Of a stretch of DNA of 64,000 bases, positions 39,131 to 52,377 are shown one piece after another. The stretch is from Spirochaetia bacterium (GTDB lineage Bacteria > Spirochaetota > Spirochaetia > UBA9216), in NCBI GenBank assembly GCA_963675665.1, contig OY776510.1, forward strand, positions 800,001 to 864,000, written 5' to 3'. The stretch's first letter is position 1; each line of letters starts with the position of its first letter. The position numbers and the translations under genes were made by a program. Under the pieces are notes generated by a model that worked only from the letters and a program-made list of their open reading frames with translations, did not search any database and had not been told where the DNA came from.

Positions 39131-40000
39131 TTACCCTTCGACTATATCCAGAAGCCGTTCAAGATCATCCATTGAGAAATAGGATATTTCAATTTTCCCT
39201 TTCTGAAGAGATCCTGTTATATTTACTTTGGTTCCAAATATATCGATAAATTTTTCTTCAATACTTTTAAGCTCCGGATCGGCGTCATGCCCGGAACCTG
39301 ATTTAACTGTTTTTTTTGCTGTCGCCGGTTTACTTCCGGAAACAGAAAATGCTTCGGCTTCCCTGACTGACAGACCGTTCGTTATTATCCGCCTGTGCAA
39401 GTCTTCCATCTGCTCCTCAGTATCCAGCGCCAGAATTGCCCTGGCATGCCCGGCAGAAATTGCACCCTTTGCAAGTGTTGTCTGTATATTTTCCGGTAAC
39501 TTCAGAAGCCTCAGGCTGTTGGCAATTGTAGATCTGTTTTTACCAACCTTGACTGCAACCTCTTCCTGGTTCAGATTGCCCCGCTCCATAAGGTCACGGT
39601 AAGCAACAGCTTCTTCTATCGGGTTAAGATCTTCCCGCTGAATATTCTCAATCAGTGCTATTTCGAGTTTTTCATTTTCAGTAAAGTCTTTTACTATAAC
39701 CGGAATTTCGCTTAACCCGGCAATGCCGGCCGCCCTGAATCGTCTTTCGCCGGCAATAATAGTATAAGAATTTCCTTTCTGCTCAACCAATATCGGCTGG
39801 ATAATTCCTTTCTCACTTATCGACGCGGCAAGTTCTTTAAGGCTGTGCTGATCAAATGTCTTCCTGGGCTGATCCGGATTACCGCTTACCATTTCAATAT
39901 TAACATTGAGTATTACATCTTTGTTATTATCTTCCAGGGCCGAATCGCCGGAGCCAATCAACGCGCTCATTCCTTTTCCCAGAGCCGGACGTTTAGACAC
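39131..40000 (-). CDS. parB: chromosome partitioning protein ParB
   Basis: ALGKGMSALI, NPDQPRK, IAGERRFRA, LIENIQREDLNPIE; GTG start overlaps the parA stop. Confidence 0.95.
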   Translation of the reverse strand: MSKRPALGKGMSALIGSGDSALEDNNKDVILNVNIEMVSGNPDQPRKTFDQHSLKELAASISEKGIIQPILVEQKGNSYTIIAGERRFRAAGIAGLSEIPVIVKDFTENEKLEIALIENIQREDLNPIEEAVAYRDLMERGNLNQEEVAVKVGKNRSTIANSLRLLKLPENIQTTLAKGAISAGHARAILALDTEEQMEDLHRRIITNGLSVREAEAFSVSGSKPATAKKTVKSGSGHDADPELKSIEEKFIDIFGTKVNITGSLQKGKIEISYFSMDDLERLLDIVEG

Positions 40001-40751
40001 GGTTAAGCACCTCCTGAGCAAGTCGTTCGTAACTTCTTGCTCCGATACAGGTTTTATCATAAAGGTTCACCGGAACACCGTGCGAAGGCGCTTCCGACAA
40101 CCTGATATTTCGGGGAATAATCGTCCTGAAAACCTTGTCCTTGAAATAGCCTGAAACTTCCTGTACAACCTCGTTTGCAAGCCGTGTTCGCGAGTCATAC
40201 ATTGTAAATAGAATTCCGTCTACAACAAGGTTTCGGTTTAATTCCTTCTGAACGGATTTAACGGTCTGAAGAAGTAAACTTAACCCTTCGAGCGCGAAAT
40301 ACTCACACTGAAGCGGAATTATTACTGAGTCCGCTGCAGTTAACCCGTTAAGGGTTAATATTCCCAGCGAAGGCGGACAATCTATAAATAAATAATCATA
40401 GTTTTTCCGTATATCCTTAATGCTGTTTTTCAGATAGAATTCCCTGTCTTTAAAATTTATTAACTCTACATTTGCGCCGGTCAGGTTAATATTTGAAGAG
40501 AGAATATCCATTCCCTCCATGGCGCTCTTTTGAAGCGCGCTTTCAGCATCAGTCTTTCCTACTATTACTTCATATATTCCCGGCTTGTTACGATCAGCTC
40601 CAACACAGCTGGAGAGATTTCCCTGCGGATCGAAATCAATTAAAAGAACCTTTTTACCGGCCTCTGCTATATATGCTCCAAGATTGGCAGCTGTTGTTGT
40701 TTTACCGACACCGCCCTTCTGATTGGCGAATACTACCGTTTTTCCATCCAT
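39993..40751 (-). CDS. parA: chromosome partitioning ATPase ParA/Soj
   Basis: NQKGGVGKTTT, DPQGN, IDCPPSLG, LSEAPSHG. Confidence 0.96.
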   Translation of the reverse strand: MDGKTVVFANQKGGVGKTTTAANLGAYIAEAGKKVLLIDFDPQGNLSSCVGADRNKPGIYEVIVGKTDAESALQKSAMEGMDILSSNINLTGANVELINFKDREFYLKNSIKDIRKNYDYLFIDCPPSLGILTLNGLTAADSVIIPLQCEYFALEGLSLLLQTVKSVQKELNRNLVVDGILFTMYDSRTRLANEVVQEVSGYFKDKVFRTIIPRNIRLSEAPSHGVPVNLYDKTCIGARSYERLAQEVLNRV

Positions 40752-40934
40752 AGCAGATATATTATACTTAAATGAAAATTTGTGTAAGGGGGATTTCTCC
40801 GAATTGTTGACCTTAGCTGTTCAGAATAGTAATATATAGTAACAGGATCTATCAATATAATCCTGCTGTTGATCTGTTTTGTAAAACAAACTTTGGTGTT
40901 TTCCATAGCAGGTAGTTTTTATAGGAGTAAACTA

Positions 40935-41156
40935 ATGAAAGAACAGGTAATTGCGGCACTTGAAGATGTTCGACCGTCGCTTCAGGCGGACGGCGGAGAT
41001 ATAGAATTTGTCGACGTGACAGAAGACGGAATAGTATCCGTTAAACTGAAGGGCGCATGTAACGGTTGCCCTATGGCAAAAATGACCCTGAAACAGGGTG
41101 TCGAACGATACCTTAAAGAGCAGATACCGAATGTTAAAGAGGTTGTTGAAGCCTGA
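40935..41156 (+). CDS. NifU/NfuA C-terminal domain protein
   Basis: VRPSLQADGGD, GACNGCP; AGGAG RBS. Confidence 0.9.
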   Translation: MKEQVIAALEDVRPSLQADGGDIEFVDVTEDGIVSVKLKGACNGCPMAKMTLKQGVERYLKEQIPNVKEVVEA

Positions 41157-41159
41157 ATT

Positions 41160-41197
41160 AAAGAGCTTTTCGAAAAATCGAAAAGCTCTTTTTTTTG
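41160..41197 (+). terminator. intrinsic terminator
   Basis: aaagagcttttcga-aaaa-tcgaaaagctcttt plus T run. Confidence 0.75.
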
Positions 41198-41343
41198 TTT
41201 GTTGATTTACCATAATTGGGGTATAAATTAAGATACCGGTTTTGGAATTACAAATTTCTACGATTTTTGAAATTCCCTCAATTAATTTAACTTTTAGACA
41301 AATTCAGCCGTTAATGAATTTGATCTATACAGAAATTCTGTAA

Positions 41344-42405
41344 ATGGGGAAAATAGTGAGTTCTGGAAATTACAGCTTCAATCAGCTTATAATAGATATC
41401 CCAAAGACAGAAATCCACCTCCATCTTGAAGGTTTGATAAGCGTCGATACAATATGGAAACTGATACAGGAGAACAAGCTCCAGTTTGACGGCAGTGACT
41501 CAAAAGCCAATCTTAAAAAACGTTTTGCCGTAAAAAGCCTTGATGAGTTTATTGATCTTTTTATAAATGTAATACAGGCCAGTTTTGTCAAAGAACAGGA
41601 TATTGTATATCTGATAGAAGATGCACAGGAATATCTGAAGCGGAACGGAATTGTACATGCAGAGATTTTTTTTGCTCCTTCAAAATTCCTTCAATCAGGG
41701 TTTTCTTACCCGCATATGGCTGATATCCTCGAAGCCGGCTCCAAAAAGATTTTCGAAGAGTCCGGAATCACCGTAAATTTTATCATTGACGTATCAAGAA
41801 CTTTCGGCCCCGAAAACGCTGAAAAGAATCTTGATCTGGTTCTTGAAAATCCCCGCAGCAGCATTATCGGCATAGGGCTCGGCGGAGCGGAAAGCTCCGG
41901 TCCGGCGGAAGAGTACAAAGCTGTTTTTTCACGTGCTGTAGAAAACAATCTTTATGTGGTTGCTCATGCCGGCGAAGATGTAGGACCCGAGTCTATCTGG
42001 AACGCCATCAACTTTCTTAAGATAACAAGAATCGGACATGGAATAAGTGCAATTGAAGACCGGAAATTAATGGATTATCTGAAAGAAAAACAGATTCCTC
42101 TTGAGATTTGTCCGACGAGCAACCTTTTTACAAGAAAATATGTTTCTAAAATACAGAATCATCCTATTAAACAATTCTACGATAACGGTATATATGTCAC
42201 ACTCAATTCAGATGACCCTACGCTTTTCGGCTCAACTCTAACTGAAGAATACATTATGCTTTATGAGTCCGGCATATTCACTGATGATGAACTTTTCAAT
42301 ATTATCAAAAACACAATCTTTGCTGCTTTTATTACTGAAAAACGAAAAGAAGCTATCTGGAACGATGCTGAAAAACTGATAAAAAAATACAAATCAGGTA
42401 ACTAA
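41344..42405 (+). CDS. add: adenosine deaminase
   Basis: PKTEIHLHLEG, AHAGE, RIGHG, EICPTSN, NSDDP. Confidence 0.9.
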   Translation: MGKIVSSGNYSFNQLIIDIPKTEIHLHLEGLISVDTIWKLIQENKLQFDGSDSKANLKKRFAVKSLDEFIDLFINVIQASFVKEQDIVYLIEDAQEYLKRNGIVHAEIFFAPSKFLQSGFSYPHMADILEAGSKKIFEESGITVNFIIDVSRTFGPENAEKNLDLVLENPRSSIIGIGLGGAESSGPAEEYKAVFSRAVENNLYVVAHAGEDVGPESIWNAINFLKITRIGHGISAIEDRKLMDYLKEKQIPLEICPTSNLFTRKYVSKIQNHPIKQFYDNGIYVTLNSDDPTLFGSTLTEEYIMLYESGIFTDDELFNIIKNTIFAAFITEKRKEAIWNDAEKLIKKYKSGN

Positions 42406-42417
42406 TCTGATAAATTT

Positions 42418-42461
42418 TGTTTCACGTGAAACAAAAAAGGCAGAACGTTTCACGTGAAACA
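42418..42461. promoter_or_regulatory. two parS centromere sites
   Basis: TGTTTCACGTGAAACA (42418-33) and CGTTTCACGTGAAACA (42446-61). Confidence 0.92.
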
Positions 42462-42491
42462 TTCTGCCTGAAAATTTTAATCTTTCAAAAA

Positions 42492-44930
42492 TCAATTAGT
42501 ATCATCATTCTCCATGATAACTCTGGCTACACCAATTACTGAATCCGGTTTGTTTATATTAACAACCCTGACCCCCTGAGCATTTTTACCCATAACCGAT
42601 ATTTTATTAAGAGCCAATTTAAGCGTATTGCCCTGTGATGTTATACAAACCAGTTCATCTTCCTCTCTTACGGCAAGGACGCCTATAAGCTCTCCTGTTT
42701 TTTCAGTTACCCTGTAGGCTTTCTGTCCCCGGGTTCCTCTTCCGTGCGGATTAAACTGATCATAGTTTGTACGTTTGCCGTACCCGTACTCACTGATAAC
42801 GAACATCATCTCGCCTTCTTTTACGCTTAAAAATCCCGCCAGCTCGTCATCACCGCTGAGTTTTATACCCGTAACGCCCCTTGTCGCACGGCCCATGGTT
42901 CTGACTGCATTCTCGTTGAATCTCAAAGCGTTGCCTTTCTTTGTCACCAGGAATACATCATCATTTCCCGATGTAAGAACCGCATCTACAAGAGAATCTC
43001 CCGAATCAAGTTTTACTGCTATAATTCCCCGTGTTTTGGCGTTTGTAAAATCCGAAGTTTTAACCTTTTTTACTATCCCGTTTCTGGTTCCCATAAAGAT
43101 AAATTCTTTGTCGGAAAACCCTTTCAATGAGACAATAGCCTTAATTTCTTCATCAGGAGAGATTGAAAGAAGCGCCTTTATCTGGGTTCCCCTGGCAGCC
43201 CTGGAGCCTTCAGGTATTTCATGTATTTTCATCCAGTACGATTTACCAATGCTGGTAATAAACATGATGTAATCATGGGTGGATCCGACAAAAAGATGTT
43301 CGATAAAATCATCGTTTTTCAGATTTGCCGAAGAAGAGCCTTTTCCTCCGCGTCCCTGGTTTTTATATGCTGTTACCGGAAGTCGCTTTATAAAACCCTT
43401 GCCTGATATAAGGACAACCATGTCCTCTTCTTTTATCATATCCTCTATATCTATTTTTTCGGCTTCTTCAAGTACAATCTCGGTAGCCCGCTTATTACCG
43501 TATTTTTCGGACAGCTCTCCCATTTCGGTCTTTATAACGCCAAGAATTTTCTGACCATCGGATAGTAAATCTTCAAGATATGCAATAAGAGCCTTCAGCT
43601 CAGCCAGTTCATCAAGAATCTTCTGGGTTTCAAGACTGGTAAGTTTCTGCAGCCTCATGTCGAGTATTGCCTGTGCCTGTATCTCGGAAAGATCAAATGT
43701 CTCTCGGAGTCTGGTACGGGCAATATCTACCGATTGCGAACTCTTTATTATCGCTATTACTTCGTCAATATTATCAAGCGCAATCTTCAAACCAAGCAGG
43801 ATATGTTCCCGCTCCTTTGCTTTCTTCAGATCAAACCGTGTTCGTCGTGTGATTACCTCTTGCCGGTGCTCGACAAAATAATGTATCTGATCTTTCAGCG
43901 TCAGAAGCTTCGGCCTGCCGTCTACCAGCGCCAGGGCATTTACATTGAAGTTCTGCTGTAATTGTGTGTTGCTGAAAAGCCTGTTTAAAACAACCCGCGG
44001 TATTGCGCCGCGTTTAAGCTCTATAACAATTCTTATTCCGTCACGGTCAGATTCATCCCGTAAATCCGAGATTCCCTGCAGTTTCTTGTCCGCTACAAGA
44101 TCCGCTATTCTTGTAATAAGGGTTACCTTGTTAACGGCATAAGGAATTTCGGTTACAATAATTATATCCTTGCCTTTCTTTGTCGTTTCAAGGTTGCACT
44201 TTGCGCGCATTGTTATTTTTCCGCGACCGGTTTTGTAAGCCCTTATTATTCCGGACTTACCGAAAATCAGCGCACCTGTCGGGAAATCCGGCCCGCTTAC
44301 ATATTTCATCAGCCCGTCTATTGTAATATCAGGATCGTCTATATATGCCTGAATTGCTGCAGAGACCTCTTCAAGATTATGCGGCGGCATATTGGTTGCC
44401 ATACCTACTGCAATACCGCTTGCCCCGTTTATCAGAAGATTCGGTATGGCTGCAGGCAGGACAGACGGTTCAATCATCGAATCGTCATAATTAGGAACAA
44501 AGTCGACTGTTTCTTTCCTGATGTCATTTATCATGTCATCGGCTATCTTCTGCAGCTTTGCCTCGGTATAACGCATGGCTGCAGGCGGATCTCCGTCAAT
44601 TGAGCCGAAATTACCCTGTCCGTTAACCATCGGGTATCGCATTGAGAATTCCTGTGCCAGTCTCACCAATGCATCATATATCGACTGATCCCCGTGCGGG
44701 TGATATTTACCAAGAACGTCCCCGACTATTCTTCCGCATTTTTTAAACGTTCTGTCGGAGCGCAGTCCCATTTCATACATTGAGTATAAAATTCTTCGAT
44801 GAACCGGCTTTAAACCGTCGCGTACATCCGGGAGAGCCCGGCTTACAATAACTGACATCGCATAGTTCAGATAAGAGGTTTTCATCTCATCTTCAATTGC
44901 TATGGGTATTACTTTTCCTGTCGTCTCCAA
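42492..44930 (-). CDS. gyrA: DNA gyrase subunit A
   Basis: [29 protein letters not shown], GyrA box QGRGGKG. Confidence 0.97.
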   Translation of the reverse strand: METTGKVIPIAIEDEMKTSYLNYAMSVIVSRALPDVRDGLKPVHRRILYSMYEMGLRSDRTFKKCGRIVGDVLGKYHPHGDQSIYDALVRLAQEFSMRYPMVNGQGNFGSIDGDPPAAMRYTEAKLQKIADDMINDIRKETVDFVPNYDDSMIEPSVLPAAIPNLLINGASGIAVGMATNMPPHNLEEVSAAIQAYIDDPDITIDGLMKYVSGPDFPTGALIFGKSGIIRAYKTGRGKITMRAKCNLETTKKGKDIIIVTEIPYAVNKVTLITRIADLVADKKLQGISDLRDESDRDGIRIVIELKRGAIPRVVLNRLFSNTQLQQNFNVNALALVDGRPKLLTLKDQIHYFVEHRQEVITRRTRFDLKKAKEREHILLGLKIALDNIDEVIAIIKSSQSVDIARTRLRETFDLSEIQAQAILDMRLQKLTSLETQKILDELAELKALIAYLEDLLSDGQKILGVIKTEMGELSEKYGNKRATEIVLEEAEKIDIEDMIKEEDMVVLISGKGFIKRLPVTAYKNQGRGGKGSSSANLKNDDFIEHLFVGSTHDYIMFITSIGKSYWMKIHEIPEGSRAARGTQIKALLSISPDEEIKAIVSLKGFSDKEFIFMGTRNGIVKKVKTSDFTNAKTRGIIAVKLDSGDSLVDAVLTSGNDDVFLVTKKGNALRFNENAVRTMGRATRGVTGIKLSGDDELAGFLSVKEGEMMFVISEYGYGKRTNYDQFNPHGRGTRGQKAYRVTEKTGELIGVLAVREEDELVCITSQGNTLKLALNKISVMGKNAQGVRVVNINKPDSVIGVARVIMENDDTN

Positions 44931-45096
44931 AGTTAGACTCCACTATTATTTTTAGACACCGTTAACGCTTTTTTTCTTCGTTACCCGGTTTTTTCACTAA
45001 CCCGAAACGAACCCGGATTTCTCCGTTTTCGGTTCGGGGTTTGAAGTATTCCGGCCCAACCGGGATACTTTAAAAAGAAAGCATGCAGGGCTTTCT

Positions 45097-47100
<2,004 letters not shown>

Positions 47101-47198
47101 TCAATATGATATTTTCTTGCAATGAGATAGACTATGGATTAAAATGCTCTTCTACGGCTTTTAATATTTTTGTTTTCTTTGTTCAGAGTAATTTATAT

Positions 47199-47405
47199 TG
47201 TGTATAACTTGTGTATAACTTTTATGAAAATGAAAATCACAGGTTTTTTCTTCTTAAGTGAAGATATATATATAAATTTTTTTAATATAGTTTTATAAAG
47301 TATTATATTATAATGATTTATATCATTCTTGGTCTAAGAGTGCCTGTTTTTTTTGATAAAAGCCTATTTTTAACATTACTTTAACATTGATCTGCTTGTG
47401 GATAA
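47199..47405. other. oriC part 1: DnaA boxes upstream of dnaA
   Basis: TGTGTATAA at 47199 and 47210, TGTGGATAA at 47397; AT-rich. Confidence 0.8.
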
Positions 47406-47429
47406 GCTGTTAATAAAGGAACTTTTTCT

Positions 47430-48842
47430 ATGAAAAATGAAGAAAATTGGGATTGGACCGGTTTCTGGACTGAAACACTGAATCAGATTCGTGATGAAAT
47501 CACGGAGCAGGAATGGGTTATGTGGTTCAGCAGTCTGGAATATCTTTCGGGTTCGGAAGAATCAGTGACTATTGCTGTTCCGTCTTCCTTTTATAAAAAC
47601 CAAATCTCGCAACGATACGGAACAATGCTGTCGGATACAATCGAAAATATATGCGGCCGTAACCTTAAAATAGAATTCGTCGTATCGGAAATTAAGACTT
47701 CCCTGAAAAACCAGAATGCAAATTCGGATAAAACCGAAATAAAAAACGAAAATGTTAAACCTCAGCAAAAAGCGAAGAATACTGCAAAAACCGGTATGGC
47801 CAGAAGCCATAGTCAGCTTAATCCTGATTATACCTTTGAATCATTTGTTATCGGCGATAATAATTCATTTGCTGCAAATGCGGCATATGCCATTTCCAAA
47901 AATCCGGGAACTGCATATAATCCCTGTCTTTTTTACGGCGGCGTAGGACTGGGAAAAACACATCTTATCCAGTCCATCGGGCATTCCGTTTATAAAGACA
48001 GTCCTGATCTCAAAATTGTCTATGTGACCGCTGAATCGTTTACCAACGAATTTCTTGATATGCTTGGCAAAAAGAACATGCATCAATTTAAAAACAAATA
48101 CCGGTCGGTTGATGTTCTGCTCATAGATGATATTCATTTTCTGCAAAAAAAAGAAGGAACCCAGGAAGAACTGTTTCATACCTTCAATGCTCTTTATGAA
48201 TCAAAAAAACAAATTGTCTTTACATGCGACCGACCTGTCTCCGAATTAAAGAATCTGACCGACAGGCTTCGCAGCCGGTTTGAACGCGGTTTGAATGTTG
48301 ATCTTAAACCGCCGGATCTTGAAACGCGCCAGGCTATTCTGATCAAAAAGATGGAAAACCGTAACATCTCAATATCCAAAGACGTAATTGAACTCATATG
48401 TCAGAATATAACTACCAACGTAAGAGATTTGGAATCGGCCCTTCTTAAACTTGTAGCATATGCCGAGCTGGTTCATAAGGATATAACTGTAGACATAGCT
48501 AAGGAACAGCTTAAAGACCATTTTACCGATTCCGTCCAGATAAACATTTCGGTTGATCTTATTCAGAAAATTGTCTCTGATTATTTCAATGTGAGCACGG
48601 CAGATCTTAAAAGTAAAAAACGTACAAAAGCCGTTACAACACCGAGACAGATTGCCATGTTTATACTCAGGGAACTTACCGAATACTCAACCACCGAAAT
48701 AGGTTATGAATTCGGTGGTCGCGATCATACGACTGTTATGCATGCATGCCAAAGAATAGAAAGCAGAATGAAAACTGATCCTACGCTTGAACCGACTATA
48801 AATAATATTATAAGAACTGTTAAAGATGACATAAAAAACTAG
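47430..48842 (+). CDS. dnaA: chromosomal replication initiator
   Basis: YNP, GGVGLGKTHL, LLIDDI, RLRSRF, FGGRDHTTVMHA. Confidence 0.98.
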   Translation: MKNEENWDWTGFWTETLNQIRDEITEQEWVMWFSSLEYLSGSEESVTIAVPSSFYKNQISQRYGTMLSDTIENICGRNLKIEFVVSEIKTSLKNQNANSDKTEIKNENVKPQQKAKNTAKTGMARSHSQLNPDYTFESFVIGDNNSFAANAAYAISKNPGTAYNPCLFYGGVGLGKTHLIQSIGHSVYKDSPDLKIVYVTAESFTNEFLDMLGKKNMHQFKNKYRSVDVLLIDDIHFLQKKEGTQEELFHTFNALYESKKQIVFTCDRPVSELKNLTDRLRSRFERGLNVDLKPPDLETRQAILIKKMENRNISISKDVIELICQNITTNVRDLESALLKLVAYAELVHKDITVDIAKEQLKDHFTDSVQINISVDLIQKIVSDYFNVSTADLKSKKRTKAVTTPRQIAMFILRELTEYSTTEIGYEFGGRDHTTVMHACQRIESRMKTDPTLEPTINNIIRTVKDDIKN

Positions 48843-48848
48843 AAAAAC

Positions 48849-49020
48849 TGTGAATATATTGTTTATGAATTGATAAAAATCTATTATTCTGTGTATAAAC
48901 TGAATAAACTGTTTATAATTTCTTTGTTCTTTCAGTTTATTATTTTATTATATGTTAAAGTTTTAATCGGCTTGTTAACATATTAGCAGATACTACTAAT
49001 ACTATTACTATTATTAATAT
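48849..49020. other. oriC part 2: DnaA boxes, DnaA-trios and unwinding region
   Basis: TGTGTATAA 48890, TGTTTATAA 48910, trinucleotide run tactactaatactattactattattaa 48991-49017. Confidence 0.75.
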
Positions 49021-49062
49021 AAAGTATGTATTAGAGAACAACGCTTTATCGGGAGATTTTAT

Positions 49063-50166
49063 ATGAAATTTACATGTGAAAAAAACAATCTTACCAAAGA
49101 AATTTCAATAGCACAGGAAATTATATCTTCTAAAAATGCATTATCAATACTTTCAAACGTTCTTCTTGAAGCTGAAAATAATACTCTTACCATAAAGGCT
49201 ACCGATTTAAAAGTTGGTTTTGAAACAAACATACCGGTTGATATTTCAGTTCCCGGAAGTACTACAGTTTATTGCGACAAGTTTTTAAGTATTTTACGTT
49301 CTCTTCCTGATGGAGATATAGAATTCGAACTGAAAGACGGAAAGCTGTTTATCAAACCTCTGTTTAAAAAAATTAATTTTCAGCTTAAAAGTATTGCATC
49401 CGAACAATATCCTGAAATGCAGAAAATCTCCGAAGAAAGCTATTTTGTTATTCCCCAGGCTGATTTGATTGAAATGATTGGTCAGACAATATTTGCTGTA
49501 TCCGACGATGAAACCAGATATTTTATGAACGGTGTTTTCATGGAAAATATAGAGGGTAATCTTATTATGGTTGCAACAGACGGCCGAAGACTCTCGTATA
49601 TCAAAAAAAATACTTCAGGTACGGTTAATCCGTTTAACGGGGTAATTATACCGCCGAAAGTTTTACAGCTGGTAAGCAAACAGAGCAGCGGAGAAGGAAC
49701 TATTCAGGTTGCCGTTACCGAAAAAAGCATCTTCTTTAAATTTGATAATCAGACTATTTCATCAAGCCTTATTGAGGGACAATTTCCCAATTATAGTCGT
49801 GTTATACCTGAAAGTCAGAATTTTGAAGTAACCGTCAAGCGAGAGGAGCTTATTGAAGCAGTAAAACGCGTATCTCTTCTTGTAGAAAATAAATCAAGAA
49901 GAATTTTTCTCAATATTACCAACGGAATGATTGAGTTAAATTCAGAAGAAAGCGAGATAGGTGTTGCTACCGAAGAAATAGAATGCGCTTACGAAGGAAA
50001 CGATACATTATTAGCGCTTAATTATTCTTATCTTATCGATCCTCTTCGCGTTATTGAAAATGAAAATATCAAACTGCTGTTTACTGAATCAAATAAAGCA
50101 ATAACTCTTCAGTCTTCAGAAGAATCTGATTACTTTCATATTGTTATGCCTATGCAGCTTGATTAA
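49063..50166 (+). CDS. dnaN: DNA polymerase III beta clamp
   Basis: ATDL, DETRYFMNG, ATDGRRL, GQFPNY, VMPM. Confidence 0.97.
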   Translation: MKFTCEKNNLTKEISIAQEIISSKNALSILSNVLLEAENNTLTIKATDLKVGFETNIPVDISVPGSTTVYCDKFLSILRSLPDGDIEFELKDGKLFIKPLFKKINFQLKSIASEQYPEMQKISEESYFVIPQADLIEMIGQTIFAVSDDETRYFMNGVFMENIEGNLIMVATDGRRLSYIKKNTSGTVNPFNGVIIPPKVLQLVSKQSSGEGTIQVAVTEKSIFFKFDNQTISSSLIEGQFPNYSRVIPESQNFEVTVKREELIEAVKRVSLLVENKSRRIFLNITNGMIELNSEESEIGVATEEIECAYEGNDTLLALNYSYLIDPLRVIENENIKLLFTESNKAITLQSSEESDYFHIVMPMQLD

Positions 50167-51270
50167 ATGGGATTTTCTTCTGTAAGGACCTACCAGTTCA
50201 GAAATCTGGAGGATTCCGAGATAATTTTTTCTGATAAAGATATATACCTGGTAGGAGAAAACGGGCAGGGTAAAACAAATTTTATTGAGTCTGTCTATCT
50301 TCTTTGTGTAGGTTCTTCTTTCAGAACAAAGAATGAATCTTTTTTGTTAAAAAACGGCTGTAATGAAATGTCGATAGCAGGTAATTTTAACGAAGATGAG
50401 AGAAAAAGAAAGGTTATTCTGAAGATAGAAAATAAAAAGAAGACGATTTTTATCGACGGAAAACGAATAAAAGACAGAAAAGAATTACTTCGGGATTTTC
50501 CCTGTATAGCCTTTACTCATGATGATATTAATTTTGTAAACGGTACTCCGGCAGCACGCAGACAATTTATAAATCAGACTATAAGCATGTTCGACGAAAC
50601 ATATATTGATTCGCTTCGAACATACAATCGTGTAATAAAACTCAGAAACCGAATTCTCAAAGAACGGAAACCGGGTTTGCTTGATGTTTACGATTACCAG
50701 GCTGCTGAAGCCGGTATGGAATTACAGCGTAAACGGACGGAACTTATGGATGAGTATAATACAGTGTTTACTTATCTGTACCGAAGTATTTCAGGTACTG
50801 ATTTGAAACTTGCTGTAAAATATTCTCCGTCATGGAAAATTAAATCCGGAAACAGCACAGATGATGTTATCGGTTTATTGTATGAATTCAGAAACAGAGA
50901 CTTGATGTACGGAACTTCAACATCCGGCCCGCACCGGGACAGAATAGGTTTTTATGCTGACGGCAAAAATTTTGCCGCTACTGCATCCACCGGACAGATC
51001 AGGCTGATATCTCTGGTTCTCAGGGCATCCCAGGCTGCATATACCGCGGAAAAAAGCGAAAAAAAGCCTGTCCTGCTGCTGGATGATGTTTTACTTGAAA
51101 TGGATCTCAATAAAAGAAAGCGTTTTCTTGAATTTCTGCCCGAATACAGGCAGGCTTTTTTTACTTTTCTTCCCGACGAGGGACTTGTAAACAGCCGTAT
51201 AAACGGCCCGCTGTATCATGTAAATGCAGGAATTATAACCAGGAAGGACATAAATGAAAAAAGCTGCTGA
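50167..51270 (+). CDS. recF: DNA replication/repair protein RecF
   Basis: FRNL, GENGQGKTN, GPHRD, STGQ, LLLDDV. Confidence 0.95.
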   Translation: MGFSSVRTYQFRNLEDSEIIFSDKDIYLVGENGQGKTNFIESVYLLCVGSSFRTKNESFLLKNGCNEMSIAGNFNEDERKRKVILKIENKKKTIFIDGKRIKDRKELLRDFPCIAFTHDDINFVNGTPAARRQFINQTISMFDETYIDSLRTYNRVIKLRNRILKERKPGLLDVYDYQAAEAGMELQRKRTELMDEYNTVFTYLYRSISGTDLKLAVKYSPSWKIKSGNSTDDVIGLLYEFRNRDLMYGTSTSGPHRDRIGFYADGKNFAATASTGQIRLISLVLRASQAAYTAEKSEKKPVLLLDDVLLEMDLNKRKRFLEFLPEYRQAFFTFLPDEGLVNSRINGPLYHVNAGIITRKDINEKSC

Positions 51271-51535
51271 TATTATCAATGCCATGATGGACGGACTGTT
51301 TCAAAACAATGCCCAGCGGGAAGCTGCTACCTTATTTTCAGCCTGGAGTGAAATAGCCGGAATAGATGAAGGTTCACATTCGCAAATTGAAGAGATTGAA
51401 AACGGTATTGTTTTTGTAAGGGTAGATCATCCGGGATGGCTTCAAAAGCTTGAATTTAAAAAAGCGGGCATTCTTTCAAAATTGAAGAAAAACTACCCGG
51501 AATTATCCATCAGAAACATCAGGTTTCTCCTGTAG
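51254..51535 (+). CDS. DUF721/DciA family protein
   Basis: Follows recF; WSEIAG, VDHPGWLQKL. Confidence 0.8.
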   Translation: MKKAADIINAMMDGLFQNNAQREAATLFSAWSEIAGIDEGSHSQIEEIENGIVFVRVDHPGWLQKLEFKKAGILSKLKKNYPELSIRNIRFLL

Positions 51536-51627
51536 ATATTGACACTGCATGCATTTAAAACGTATACTACAGCACCCTAATTATAAGAAATAATATAATG
51601 ATTTATATAGATTAAGGAGCATCTCTG

Positions 51628-51783
51628 ATGAAGAGGACATATCAGCCCAGCAGGGTTAAAAGAAACAGGAAATTCGGCTTTCGTTCAAGAATGAAAACAA
51701 AGGGCGGCAGAGCTGTTCTTATGCGCCGAAGACGGAAAGGAAGAAAAAAACTTTCAGTTGCTGATGAGAAAAAGCCTTACTAA
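51628..51783 (+). CDS. rpmH: 50S ribosomal protein L34 (absent from the ORF track)
   Basis: [51 protein letters not shown]; AAGGAG RBS. Confidence 0.97.
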   Translation: MKRTYQPSRVKRNRKFGFRSRMKTKGGRAVLMRRRRKGRKKLSVADEKKPY

Positions 51784-52141
51784 GTCGGAGCGACTTGGTA
51801 AACTTTCGGATATTAGAAGGACGTTTGCTTCCGGAAAAAGATACAGTATTCCGGGGGCAAAGCTGGTGTTTGTCGACAATAAACTGGATTATTCCCGGTT
51901 TATGGTTACTCTGGTAAAAAAATACGGCAATTCAATCCATCGGAACAGGGCCAAACGGATAGCCAGAGAGATTTTCAGACTTAATAAGCACCTGCTTAAG
52001 CCGGGGTATGATATAGTTTTGATTTTTTTTCCTGATAAAGACATATACTCTATCAGAGAAAAACAGATGTTTAAACTATTTAAAAAAGCCGGGCTTTACT
52101 CCGACGGAGGACAATGGAATCAGCATGAAAAGACCGGTTAA
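51764..52141 (+). CDS. rnpA: ribonuclease P protein component
   Basis: [21 protein letters not shown]. Confidence 0.92.
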   Translation: MRKSLTKSERLGKLSDIRRTFASGKRYSIPGAKLVFVDNKLDYSRFMVTLVKKYGNSIHRNRAKRIAREIFRLNKHLLKPGYDIVLIFFPDKDIYSIREKQMFKLFKKAGLYSDGGQWNQHEKTG

Positions 52142-52346
52142 ATTCATTTTAATTGGTATTATTAAACTTTACAGGAAATTCATATCCCCAATGCTTCCTG
52201 ATTCATGCCGGTTTACACCTACCTGTTCCAAATATGCAATTACAGCTATTGAGAAATACGGACCCGGAAAAGGCAGCTGGCTTGCTGTTAGAAGGATTTT
52301 AAGATGTCATCCTTTTAATCCAGGAGGTTATGATCCGGTTCCCTGA
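52125..52346 (+). CDS. yidD: membrane protein insertion efficiency factor
   Basis: [27 protein letters not shown]. Confidence 0.95.
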   Translation: MKRPVKFILIGIIKLYRKFISPMLPDSCRFTPTCSKYAITAIEKYGPGKGSWLAVRRILRCHPFNPGGYDPVP

Positions 52347-52377
52347 ATAAAGTTTTCCACGAAGACCAAAAGGAGAA

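Noticed and set aside
44935-45095. Hairpin-rich gyrB-gyrA spacer as an ncRNA
   Set aside because: Stems are short and imperfect, and I cannot match them to a known family or firmly to the repeat family
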